Source of the DNA: Octopus vulgaris
Taxonomy: Eukaryota
Length of the DNA stretch: 64,000 nt
Assembly: GCA_951406725.2 (NCBI GenBank)
Contig: OX597821.1
Coordinates: 5,952,001-6,016,000 of the forward strand
Reading direction: 5' to 3'
Part shown: one piece after another, positions 42,938-55,907 of the stretch
Layout of the letters: each line of letters begins with the position of its first letter
Numbering within the stretch: the first letter of the stretch is position 1
Position numbers and translations under genes: made by a program
The notes under the pieces: model-generated
What the model was told of the DNA's origin: nothing
What the model saw: the letters and a program-made list of their open reading frames with translations, nothing else
Database searches by the model: none

Positions 42938-43461
42938 ATACACAGAAATTCAAAGAAGCAGAAGATAAGAATTCTTAAGAAAAATTTTTATTTCTTCATT
43001 TTCTTCTCTGTCTTCCACACTTCCTATACAACAAACTGGATTCTTTTAAAGGCTTTTAACAAAGAACTGAATGGCGCTACCATTTGAGATATGTGCATTT
43101 TAAATACGTTTTACAGAAAATGCAGGCAGTACAGTGCACAAGTTTGTGGCAGTCCATTGTTAATTTGCGTTGGGAGCATAAATATTGCACTACAAGCATT
43201 CCTCAACAACTATGTCCTCCAATGGAAGCAGAAACAACAAAAAAAGAAAAGAAGGAAGGAAAGCCAGGAAGGAAGAAGAAAAAAAGAAAGAAGAAGAAGA
43301 GGCAAAAGTAAAAGAGATGATAAAACAAACTGGAAAAGCAAGAAAATGACAGAAGACTGCTAAATAGGCAAAGTTTCTTTAAAAGATGTAAATGATTGAG
43401 AAGGAAGCAACAACAACAACAAGCACAACAACAACAACAGTGATGTGTATGTGTACATGTG

Positions 43462-43492
<31 letters not shown>

Positions 43493-43554
43493 ATATATAT
43501 ATAGTGTGTGTGTGTGTGTTTGTACATGTGCATACGTTAAGGAGGAGTTTAGGA

Positions 43555-44428
43555 TGATGACGACAATGATGGTGGTGTTGGTGGTAGTGATGAAGTTAAT
43601 AATTGTACATGACGGTGGTGGTGGTGGTGGTGGTAGTGGTGATGACGATGGTGGTTGTGGTGGTGACGATGGTGGTTGTGGTGATGGTGGTGGTGGTGGT
43701 GGTACATGATGGTGGTGGTGGTGGTAGTGGTGGTGGTGGTGGTACATGATGGTGGTGGTGATAGTTACTGTGATTATGGTGGTGGCAGTGATAGTGGTGA
43801 TCATTGTGGGAATGATGATGATGATGATGATGATGATGACAGAGGTGATGGTATTGGTGTTGGTGGTGGTGGTGGTAGTAGTGAGATGACGATGGTGATG
43901 ACAGTGGTGGTGGTGGTGGTGGATGATAATGATGACGATGATGGTTGTGGTGGGGATGATGACAGTGGTGGTGGTGGTGGTGGTGATGACGATGGTGGTT
44001 GTGGTGATGGTGGTGGTGGTGGTGGTGGTGGTGGTGGTGGTGGTGGGGATGATGACAGTGGTGGTGGTGGTGGTGGTGATGACGATGGTGGTTGTGGTGG
44101 TGACGATGGTGGTTGTGGTGATGGTGGTGGTGGTGGTGGTGGTGGTGGTGGGGATGATGACAGTGGTGGTGGTGGTGGTGGTGATGACGATGGTGGTTGT
44201 GGTGGTGACGATGGTGGTTGTGGTGATGGTGGTGGTGGTGGTGGTGGTGGTGGTGGTGGTGGTGGTGATGATGACAGTGGTGGTGGTGGTGGTGATGATG
44301 ATGGTGGTGGTGGTGGTGGTGACGATGGTGGTTGTGGTGATGGTGGTGGTGGTGGTGGTGGTGGTGGTGGGGATGATGACAGTGGTGGTGGTGATGACGA
44401 TGGTGGTGGTGGTGGTGGTGGTGATGAC
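43555..44428. repeat. (GGT/GAT)n tract with higher-order repetition
   Basis: Recurring blocks GATGATGACAGT(GGT)n GATGACGATGGTGGTTGT. Confidence 0.88.
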
Positions 44429-44891
44429 AACATCAAGAAAGATGAGGAGGAGACGAAAACTGAAACTGACAACGATGCAAGACAAAAGTATGAAGATGCA
44501 CAGGTGGACACAGGTGAGTGGGGGTTGTGGGGGTTGGGGGGGTGCTGAAGAATGGTGCAGAATGGTATGGAGTGGTGGGGGAGGGGGTAGTAGAGGTGGA
44601 AAAGAAAGTGGACAAGAAGGAAAGAAGAAAAGCAAACAGATGTCTTACAAAAGACATCATGCAAGATATTGTGTGTGTGTGTGTGTGTGTGTGTATTTGT
44701 GTGTGTGTCTGTGAGCATGTATATATATATATATGTTTCTGTGTCTGTATGCATGTATTTGTGTGTGTGTGTGTGCATGTATTTGTGTGTGTGTGTGTGT
44801 GTCTTTGAGTGCATGTGTACAGTTGTGTGTGCGTGTGTACATGTCTAGGATCATATATACACTTCAGTGTGTGTCTGCATGTGCATGTGTT

Positions 44892-44926
<35 letters not shown>

Positions 44927-45119
44927 TGTTAGGGGGAGGAAAATAAGGAGAGAGGACAAAGAAGGTGAAAAAGAAAACAAACAAAACAAAAGAGAAGACA
45001 TTTATAAACAAAAGAGAAAGTAAAAAAAAAACCAAAGACAAAATTTAGAAACGTCGTTATGTCTTATACGTAATTAAGACAAAGTAGACTGTCAAACGAT
45101 CAAGTATAATGGCCGGTAT

Positions 45120-45500
45120 ACTCTTTTACTTGTTTCAGTCATTTGACTGCGGCCATGCTGGAGCACCGCCTTTAGTCGAGCAAATCGACCCCGGGACTTA
45201 TTCTTTTTAAGCCCAGTACTTATTCTATCGGTCTCTTTTGCCGAACCGCTAAGTGATGGGGATGTAAACACACCAGCATCGGTTGTCAAGCAATGCTAGG
45301 GGGACAAATACACACACATATATATATACATATATACGACAGGCTTCTTTCAGTTTCCGTCTACCAAATCCACTCACAAGGCTTTGGTCGGCCCGAGGCT
45401 ATAATAGAAGACACTTGCCCAAGATGCCACGCAGTGGGACTGAACCCGGAGCCATATGGTTGGTAAGCAAGCTACTTACCACACAGCCACTCCCGCGCCT
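45120..45500 (-). mobile_element. SINE family A
   Basis: Full-length, low-divergence match. Confidence 0.88.
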
Positions 45501-45672
45501 ATGTTGAAAATATTTAGCAACCGAGTCATATGTTGCACCACAAGATCCGCCTGTGTTGCAGAATGATGCTGTGTGTGCCTCAATGACCGTGAGAGTTATG
45601 CCAGTACAGCATAAAGTTCTTCATAGGGGTCTCCCATGCTGGACTGGTCAAAGGATAGAATCCAGGTAAAAT

Positions 45673-47083
45673 TTGGTTTCGAATTTTGGTGCAAGGCCAG
45701 CAATTTCGGGGTGGGGCAGGGTGGAGGTGGGGAAGGTTAAGTCGTTTGCATCAACCCCCAGTGCTTAGCTGGTACTTATTTTTACCAACCCTGAAAAGAT
45801 GAAGGGCAAAGTTGACCTTGGCGGAATCTGAACTCAGGACATGAAGACTGGTGAAATATAATGCTAAGTATTCTGCCCAGCATGCTAATGATTCTGCCAG
45901 CTCCTCCTCCTCCTCTCCACCACCACCACCAACAACAACAACAAACCTTTCACTGGAGGCACAAGGCCTCAAATTTCAACTCCAGTGTTTCACTGGTACT
46001 TAATTCATTGACCCCAAAAACGATGAAACACAAAGTCAACCTCGGCGGAATTTGAACTCAGAACATGAAGACAGATAAAATACCACTCAGCATTGCGCCC
46101 GGCATGCTAACGATTCTGCCAGCTCACCACATTAAATAATACAAGTAATCCTTTCTACCATAGGTACAAGGCTTCAAATCTGTAGGGAGGGGACTAGTTG
46201 ATTATATCGACCCCAGTGTTTCACTTAATTTATCGACTCCAAAAGGATGAAAGGCAAAGTCAACCTCAGCAGAATTTGAACTCAGAATGTAGGTACTGGC
46301 AAAATATCACTAAGCATTTCGCCCGGCATGCTAACGATTCTGCCAGCTCACCGCCTTAATAATAATAATAGACACTGTACTACACCTCCAGCATTAGAAG
46401 CTGTGCAAAGGCAACAATAATAATAATAATAATAATGATAATAATGGTTTCAAACTTTGGCACAAAGCCAGCAAGTTTGGGGGAGGAACTAAGGTGATTA
46501 AATTGACCCCAGTGAATAACTGGTACTTATTTTATCAACCCTGAAAGGATGAAAGGCAAAGCTGACCTTATTGGAATTTGAACTCAGAACATAAAGAGAG
46601 ATGAAATACCACTAAGCATTTTTCCCAGTATGGGAAATTCTGCCCGCTCACCACCTTAAAGCCAGCATTTCTGGGGTAAGAGATAAGTCAATTACACTGA
46701 CCCCAGTGCTCAACTGATACTTATTTAATTATTTTATGAACCCTGAAAGGATGAAATTCTAAGTTGACCTTAGTGGAATTTGAACTCAGAACATGAAGAC
46801 AGACGAAATACCACTAAGCATTTTGCCTGATGCCTTAACGATTCTGCCAGCTGACTGCCTCAGTAGCCTTATAATAATAATATTGGTTTCAAATTTTGGC
46901 ACAAGGCCAGCAATTACAGGGAAGGGATAAGTTCATTACATCGACCCCAGTGCTCCACTTGTACGAAAAGATGAAAGACAAACCTGACCTCATTGGAATT
47001 TGAACTCAGGACATGAAGATAGACGAAATACCACTAAACACTTTGCCCAGTATGCTAATGATTCTACCAGTTCACCGCCTTAA
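45673..47083 (-). mobile_element. Six head-to-tail copies of a tRNA-derived SINE with Nin-like central domain
   Basis: Each about 200 bp copy has head GGCGGTGAGCTGGCAGAATCG, B box GAGTTCAAATTC and GCCTTTCATCCTTTCGGGGTCGATAAA; separated by (AAT)n. Confidence 0.85.
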
Positions 47084-48099
47084 AGGTCAGACTAATATCA
47101 ATCACTTCTTAGCAGACATCAAAATGGTTTGTATAGGACCAACACCCTTACCTAGAAAAAAGTGAAGTTACAGAAGCCCCAATGACAATACCAAACCAAC
47201 AAGACTTAGAAGAGGAAAGCCTTTCCTTTGGGAAAACTATCCCACGAGGGAGGTGGAAGAAAGGGCATACCAAAAATAGATGGAGGTGAGATACTGAGAA
47301 ACACATACAAAAACATGGGAAATTACTGGCAGGGACAGAGTCATACATAATTAAGTCAGAAATGTAATTTATGCCTGGAAGAAATATTCCATATTTTCAT
47401 ATCTAAATACCAATTATTAAATAATAAACAAGAATTAGCCCTGAAATGTACATACCTTCACAGAGAAACATTCAAATATTTCTCTAGAAAAGATTTTTAA
47501 TTAACTATCACAGGGATTGAAGGCGCTTGAGTTTACATGGACAATATTAGTGCTTAATCTAATTTGTATCCTAGTAGTAATTCTATAGAATAATTTACTC
47601 TTTATCAAGGAGGATGTTATAGACACAGAGTTAGAATTGAATTGTGTAGCGAAAAATTTGTCTTTCATTTTCAGTGAAAATATTCTACCATATCATGTGT
47701 AGGACCCTGGCCTTACTAAATTCTGCATATCTTAGATTTCTAAATCATATTTGACTTAGTGACCCTTAATTGTATACATCACTGAAATTTATCCCTGTTT
47801 ACTTCACTCAAGGCTAGTAGATGAAATATATTGTCATCTAGTTGAAGATCTAGTGTTCATGATTCGAAATTCAAACCTTAGGGTCATCTCAGGGTCAATC
47901 TGATAACAGATTTTATAACCATATCAGGTTTCTAACTGTTTCTCTCTCATTCTTTGCACTCAAAAGTTACCAACCTTTACTAAATGTAATACTGTCTAAA
48001 CCATCATACTTCAGTTCGTGTCAAACTATAATAGTGGCAACACTTTGAATAAAGTTGCATAAGTTCTTAACCAGATGAACAAACTGGATGCAAATGAAA

Positions 48100-48840
48100 A
48101 CCACACTGCCAAATACCTATGCAGCAAAAACGTATGTCAGAACAGAGATTTATATTAAATCTGCTGTCAGTGGTGGCACCAGTCATGTCTGAGTTTGGTT
48201 CATCTCGTGCCTCCATGATGCTTAAACTTGATATGGCTCAAAAGACCAAGCTGGGAATGGAACAGTCTCAGGCACTGATCACATGGCATGAACGGTGGTG
48301 ATCTTGGCTAGCATTGCCGAGCCTTGCATTGCCTTCTTCTTGCTTTTTCTTCAGTTTTTCTCCTTTCCTCAAAAGTGGAAGAGCCAAAATGAATTGCTTT
48401 TCACCAGGATGGACAGTCAGTGGCTTCTGTTTCCTAGGTGTTATGGCTGATGAAGGCTTGGAGAGAAGACTTCAGTTGGTCTTTGAATCTGCATTTTGGG
48501 GCTACTCAATGCCATTGATAAGCTCACTGTAGAGGATGGTCAGCAGGAATCTTGAAAGAGCCATTCAGACAACATGTCCTGACCACCTGAGGTAAAGCTT
48601 GACAATAGCAGCTTCAATGCTTCACATTCTTGAGTGATTGAGAAGTTTGTTGTTGGTGCATCGGTCCTGTTATTTGATGTTGAGATTCTACCGAAGCTTG
48701 GCTTGTTGGAAATGCTCCAGCTCTTTTAGGTCTTTTCAATACAGGATCCATGTCTCACAAGCATAGAGCAAGGTGGAGATGACAGGAGTACAGAACACTA
48801 TGGGTTTTGTTCAGAGTTAGAGCTTGTGGTTGTATAACTG
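48100..48840 (-). mobile_element. Decayed RTE (BovB-like) LINE 3' fragment
   Basis: Interrupted frame with STLLYACETW, LEHFQQ, SIEA..LRWSGHVV motifs and many stops. Confidence 0.7.
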
Positions 48841-49035
48841 ACTGTAATAATAAAAACTGTGTAGATGGGCTTAGAAAAACTGAAGGACCACTGCAATAAG
48901 TGTGTGAATCTGAGAGGGGAATATGTTGGATAAAACCATAATTAACTGATCCTCCTGTATTTTCTTTTTACTCAAAGCCAGGATCCATTTATATATATGT
49001 TTTCAGCATCCATTCATATATATATGTACACATAC

Positions 49036-49095
<60 letters not shown>

Positions 49096-49531
49096 ACTCA
49101 CACGAGCCTACTGTTATGTGCACACATGGAGAGACAGACAGACAGACAGAGACACAGGGAGAAAGACACCAATGTACTTTAAAGATATGATTAAAATGGC
49201 TAGCAACAAAAGTACATAAAATAATTTTAAATGGGAGGAAGAGAGAGAGACAGACAGAGAGAGAGAGAGAGACAGAGAGAGAGAGAGACAGACAGAGAGA
49301 GAGACAAAGAGAGAGAGAGAGAGACAGACAGAGAGAGAGAGGTGAGAAAGAAGAGATCTTCTACTGTTGCTAATTGAGATCTATTTTGTTTTGTCACACA
49401 ATATACATATTTTTTTCATATTAATTGCCTTAGATATTATCTTGTATTGTTCACATTCTTTCTGACAATACATCATCTCAATAGAAAAGACATTTCAGGA
49501 AAGACAAGAATACAGAACGTCATGTAGCATC

Positions 49532-49563
<32 letters not shown>

Positions 49564-49751
49564 CTCTCCCTCCCTTTCTCTCTCTCTCTCTCTGGCCAGG
49601 TAACCTTGTACCTCCTTTATAGCAAAACACCTGTTTCTGCCTCTCTGTCTTTCTGTCACACTCTAACCTTTCATCATCTGTCACAAGATCCGCCAATGGC
49701 CCCCCCCCTCTCAAAAATTCCTTGTCTTGCAAGTTACTCGGTGACCCTGCT

Positions 49752-52470
49752 GGTGCTGGTGCCACATAATAAGCATCCGGTCCACCCTGTGGGGTGGTTG
49801 GTGTTAGGAAGGGCATCCAGCCATAAAAGCCCATACCAAAACTGACCTCACCTATGCTGGTGCCACATAAAAAGCACTCAGTCCACCCTGTGGGGTGGTT
49901 GGTGTTAGGAAGGGCATCCAGCCATAAAAGCCCATACCAAAACTGACCTCACCTATGCTGGTGCCACATAAAAAGCACTCAGTCCACTCTGTGGGGTGGT
50001 TGGCAGTTGGAAGGGCATCCAGCCATAAAAGCCCATACCAAAACTGACCTCACCTATGCTGGTGCCACATAAAAAGCACTCAGTCCACTCTGTGGGGTGG
50101 TTGGTGTTAGGAAGGGCATCCAGCCATAAAAGCCCATACCAAAACTGACCTCACCTATGCTGGTGCCACATAAAAAGCACTCAGTCCACTCTGTGGGGTG
50201 GTTGGCAGTTGGAAGGGCATCCAGCCATAAAAGCCCATACCAAAACTGACCTCACCTATGCTGGTGCCACATAAAAAGCACTCAGTCCACTCTGTGGGGT
50301 GGTTGGCAGTTGGAAGGGCATCCAGCCATAAAAGCCCATACCAAAACTGACCTCACCTATGCTGGTGCCACATAAAAAGCACTCAGTCCACTCTGTGGGG
50401 TGGTTGGCAGTTGGAAGGGCATCCAGCCATAAAAGCCCATACCAAAACTGACATCACCTGTGCTGGTGCCACATAAAAAGCACTCAGTCCACTCTGTGGG
50501 GTGGTTGGCAGTTGGAAGGGCATCCAGCCATAAAAGCCCATACCAAAACTGACATCACCTATGCTGGTGCCACATAAAAAGCACTCAGTCCACTCTGTGG
50601 GGTGGTTGGTGTTAGGAAGGGCATCCAGCCATAAAAGCCCATACCAAAACTGACCTCACCTATGCTGGTGCCACATAAAAAGCACTCAGTCCACTCTGTG
50701 GGGTGGTTGGTGTTAGGAAGGGCATCCAGCCATAAAAGCCCATACCAAAACTGACCTCACCTATGCTGGTGCCACATAAAAAGCACTCAGTCCACTCTGT
50801 GGGGTGGTTGGTGTTAGGAAGGGCATCCAGCCATAAAAGCCCATACCAAAACTGACCTCACCTATGCTGGTGCCACATAAAAAGCACTCAGTCCACCCTG
50901 TGGGGTGGTTGGTGTTAGGAAGGGCATCCAGCCATAAAAGCCCATACCAAAACTGACATCACCTATGCTGGTGCCACATAAAAAGCACTCAGTCCACTCT
51001 GTGGGGTGGTTGGTGTTAGGAAGGGCATCCAGCCATAAAAGCCCATACCAAAACTGACATCACCTATGCTGGTGCCACATAAAAAGCACTCAGTCCACTC
51101 TGTGGGGTGGTTGGTGTTAGGAAGGGCATCCAGCCATAAAAGCCCATACCAAAACTGACATCACCTATGCTGGTGCCACATAAAAAGCACTCAGTCCACT
51201 CTGTGGGGTGGTTGGTGTTAGGAAGGGCATCCAGCCATAAAAGCCCATACCAAAACTGACATCACCTATGCTGGTGCCACATAAAAAGCACTCAGTCCAC
51301 TCTGTGGGGTGGTTGGTGTTAGGAAGGGCATCCAGCCATAAAAGCCCATACCAAAACTGACATCACCTATGCTGGTGCCACATAAAAAGCACTCAGTCCA
51401 CTCTGTGGGGTGGTTGGTGTTAGGAAGGGCATCCAGCCATAAAAGCCCATACCAAAACTGACCTCACCTATGCTGGTGCCACATAAAAAGCACTCAGTCC
51501 ACTCTGTGGGGTGGTTGGTGTTAGGAAGGGCATCCAGCCATAAAAGCCCATACCAAAACTGACCTCACCTATGCTGGTGCCACATAAAAAGCACTCAGTC
51601 CACTCTGTGGGGTGGTTGGTGTTAGGAAGGGCATCCAGCCATAAAAGCCCATACCAAAACTGACATCACCTATGCTGGTGCCACATAAAAAGCACTCAGT
51701 CCACTCTGTGGGGTGGTTGGTGTTAGGAAGGGCATCCAGCCATAAAAGCCCATACCAAAACTGACATCACCTATGCTGGTGCCACATAAAAAGCACTCAG
51801 TCCACTCTGTGGGGTGGTTGGTGTTAGGAAGGGCATCCAGCCATAAAAGCCCATACCAAAACTGACCTCACCTATGCTGGTGCCACATAAAAAGCACTCA
51901 GTCCACTCTGTGGGGTGGTTGGCAGTTGGAAGGGCATCCAGCCATAAAAGCCCATACCAAAACTGACATCACCTATGCTGGTGCCACATAAAAAGCACTC
52001 AGTCCACTCTGTGGGGTGGTTGGTGTTAGGAAGGGCATCCAGCCATAAAAGCCCATACCAAAACTGACATCACCTATGCTGGTGCCACATAAAAAGCACT
52101 CAGTCCACTCTGTGGGGTGGTTGGTGTTAGGAAGGGCATCCAGCCATAAAAGCCCATACCAAAACTGACATCACCTATGCTGGTGCCACATAAAAAAGCA
52201 CTCAGTCCACTCTGTGGGGTGGTTGGCAGTTGGAAGGGCATCCAGCCATAAAAGCCCATACCAAAACTGACATCACCTGTGCTGGTGCCACATAGAAAGC
52301 ACTCAGTCCACCCTGTGGGGTGGTTGGTGTTAGGAAGGGCATCCAGCCATAAAAGCCCATACCAAAACTGACATCACCTATGCTGGTGCCACATAGAAAG
52401 CACTCAGTCCACCCTGTGGGGTGGTTGGTGTTAGGAAGGGCATCCAGCCATAAAAGCCCATACCAAAACA
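49752..52470 (+). repeat. Tandem array, 101-bp unit, about 27 copies, derived from a SINE segment
   Basis: Unit CCATACCAAAACTGACCTCACCTATGCTGGTGCCACATAAAAAGCACTCAGTCCACTCTGTGGGGTGGTTGGTGTTAGGAAGGGCATCCAGCCATAAAAGC starts at 49831, 49932 ... 52458; related dispersed monomers near 3300, 5620, 14730, 15960. Confidence 0.97.
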
Positions 52471-52907
52471 GACACAGTAACCTGGCAGTCTTCTACCTGG
52501 CCACCTCCTGTCAAACCATCCAATCCATGCCAGCATGGAAGGCAAATGTTAAACGATGATGATGATGATATATATATATATATTGATAAATTTCAGGGTA
52601 GCAAAAACATTTAGAAAAATTCTTTGCTACCAGTGGTCTAGTGAGAAGAAAAAACTAGTCAATAGACTATATATTATTCATATAAAAATAGTGTACATTT
52701 AAACACACAAGAGATGGCCATAACAGGACATCTGACTCGCTAGAAAGAGTAGTTAAACTCTAAACAACTATTAGGGATAATTTCGAAAGGGAATGAAATT
52801 ACTCCTAATAGTGGCTTAGAGTTTAACTACTCCTTCTAGCAAGTCAGATGTCCTGTTATGGCCATCTCTTGTGTGTTTAACTGTACACTGTATTTTTATA
52901 TGAATTA

Positions 52908-53295
52908 TCTCTTCTCTCTATATATAAACGGCAGTTTGTCTGTGTGTGTTTCTGTGTGTCTGTTTTCTCGTACCCTCACCCTGACCACGGCTTTCAACTG
53001 ATTCTGATGAAACTTGACACACACATAGCCCAATGTCATAATTCAAAACTAACGCAGCGAAAATTTTGAAAAGTTCCCCCAGTTCTGAAAAAAATCGATA
53101 AATTTGACATGGGGTCGAGAATCAGAAACGCAAACCACAAACTGTCTAGGGGACGCAACTCCACCTTTTTTAACTCTCAAAAAAATTTACCATCATTTTT
53201 TTCCATTTTTTTGCTATTTTTTGGCTATAACTCTCTAAAAATGCTTTATAGTTATTTCCCTTACAAACCTGAGCAATGCCGGGCGATACTGCTAG
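52908..53295 (+). mobile_element. Non-autonomous Helitron
   Basis: 5' A|TC..CTCTATATATAA, internal (TGTC/TG) microsatellite, 3' GC-rich hairpin CCTGAGCAATGCCGGG followed by CTAG|T. Confidence 0.8.
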
Positions 53296-53526
53296 TATAT
53301 ATATATTAGAAATATTAAATTTCTAAATATCTCAGAGAGACATGAGCGGTGGTGGAGCAATAGAGCAGTTGTATACTGTCAACTTAACGTGACAGTCCCG
53401 TAAAGGGAATCACACCACTGCTATTTAGCCCTAGGAAGCATCAACGCTTCCTGTTGGCTTTGACACATTTCCTGTGTCCTTATATTTGCGAAGGGGAGAC
53501 AAGCACCCCCAACAGCTAGGCCCGCA

Positions 53527-53572
53527 TCTAGAGACATGCATGTTTCTGGGTCTTGCTCAGCATCAGTCTAGA
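53527..53572 (-). ncRNA. Minimal hammerhead motif, slightly decayed
   Basis: UCUAGA CUGAUGC UGAG CAAGA CCCA GAAAC AUGCAU GUC UCUAGA: 6-bp stem I, palindromic loop III, GUC site; A-to-C change in the core and one stem II mismatch. Confidence 0.6.
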
Positions 53573-54153
53573 GTAGCAAGGCCTGCTAGCTGAAGATGCT
53601 TGTCTAGACTTCGTAACCCATGCTAGCATGGAAAGCGGACGTTAAATGATGATGATGATATATTTTCAGTGAAGTCTATTCACTAGCAGGCCTTGGTGAC
53701 AATCACTTTGAACAACCGTGTGATGTCAAAACAAAGAGAGAGAGCCTCCTCCCCGCACCATAAACACGTATGATGACCTTTTTTTCAGATTCCATCTTCT
53801 GACTCCATTCACAAGGCTTTGGTCAGCCCAGGGTTATATCAGAAAACACCTGCCCAAGGGGCAACACAGTGGGCTAAGCTCGAAATTAAATGGCTGGGAA
53901 CTGCTTAACGAACTTCTTAAAAACAAGAACCATGCCTACACCTATTAGTTATATATTTATTTTACATCTATTTTTCTATGCTAGCATGGATTAGATGAAT
54001 ACATATCATCCAGGTAATATTTTACACTTATATGGCTTTCTTGTCATTAATCCTTACCAATTTTTCAAGTAAGGGGACATTTTTTTATTCTACGTGTATT
54101 TAAAAGTGCAGAAGTATGAGACAGTTTATTGACAGGGAAATGTTAACCTTCAC

Positions 54154-54217
<64 letters not shown>

Positions 54218-55839
54218 TTTATTATTATTATCATCATTATTATTATGTCACATCATGATCCAAGCTTTGCAATTTTTTTGTATGGATGCCCTTAGCAATA
54301 ACACAAGGAATAATAGAAGGGGTACCAGCAGGTGGGGAGGGGGAGAAGGAAGAAGATGATGATGATGATGATGAAGATTATTTCATACCTCAGCAAATGA
54401 ATGGACACACATATAAATAGGCACTCATAAATATATAATTCTAGAAGGCACACTAAACACACACACACACACACATATGTACATACACAGAAATTTATAT
54501 ACACACACATACACATATGTACATACATAGAAATTTACACACACACATACACATATACACTCACACACACGCTCATTTATATACATGAAGATGATGAATA
54601 AGCAAACAAGTAAACAAGTGTGCGTGTGTATGTATAAATATATATGTGATGTGTGTGTCTGTGTATGCATACACACATGTGTGTGTGTGTGTGCATTTAT
54701 GTATGTGTATATATATGCGTGTATGTATGTATAATCGGTAACATTTCACACATCACTGCAATTTGATTCAACAAACAAATTCTCTCCTCGACATTTGTCA
54801 CAGGAAATTACAGCTAAACAACTTAAACATTTTAAGACTTGACAGCAATAATGAACAGAATTATGGTTTAGCAACTGAAAAATTAAGCTTCTGTAGATGA
54901 AACAATTCAATATAATGATGTTTGTTTACTGGTTTTCCATTACATTTTCTTTGTTTAATACTTATTTTTAGTTCGTTTACATTTTTCATTCATATTTTTC
55001 CATTAGATTTTATTTTTATTTAATGAATTTGCTACCCAGCAGATTCTAATTAATTTCAACACTTTTTAAAAACAAACAAAAATATTTGTAATTTTTAGTT
55101 TGTTGGGGTTTTGTCTTTTCTTTTTTGTATTATATATTTTGCTCTTGTAATTTGATTGACTGTTTGTTAAAATTTATTTTTGTTATAGCAATTATATTTT
55201 TTAATCATATTTATTATTTTTTCTGACGAAATGACAAAAGACAAAAATGTGAATAATTCTATTTTAGTTTTACTTTTATTATTATTCTTTCAATTATTTT
55301 CCAATTTCTCCCGCATTATTTTGCCCCATCCCATGCAATTCCTACTGATATGTGATGGAGTAGGCCGAGAATGAGCCGCATGTCACAATAATAAACACAC
55401 TAGACCTGTTAACGCCAGATTAAGATAAGAAAAATTACCCAGGCACAACAAAAAAAAAAGGACAAAAAATAATCATAACAAAAGAAAAATAGAAAATGTT
55501 GTTGCATATAACACTGAAATGCATCACCAGATAAAGCAGGAAATAACGAAAACAGACGCAGACCAAGAAAGATTTGGAAAAACATAATCAGGGCCAAAAT
55601 AAGAATACTGAAACTCCCAAAAGTTATAACATCCTTTCATACATGGCAAAGACACAGGCATGGCTGTGTGGTTAAGAAGACTGTTTTGCAACCATGTGAC
55701 TTCCGGTTCAGTCACACTACACAGTACACTGAGCAAGTGTCTTCTACTATATATAACCCCAGACCAACTAATGTCTTGTGCTACACGAAAACTGTGTGGA
55801 ACCTCATCATATAATATATATAAATGAGTATGCATATAC

Positions 55840-55881
<42 letters not shown>

Positions 55882-55907
55882 TTGTGTGCATGTATGTGTG
55901 TATATAC

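Noticed and set aside
43181-43202. miR-92-like seed TATTGCAC
   Set aside because: Seed only; the rest does not match and no precursor hairpin is evident.
43379-44814. Long mucin-like or Pro/Gly-rich ORFs (also 35634-36821, 16143-16948, 41218-42119)
   Set aside because: Trinucleotide tracts open in several frames on both strands, with no splice or domain support.
47400-48050. Possible very old LINE fragment
   Set aside because: Only weak motif hints; cannot be supported without an alignment.
49752-52470. CRISPR-like array
   Set aside because: Contiguous 101-bp tandem units without unique spacers, no cas genes, eukaryotic context.
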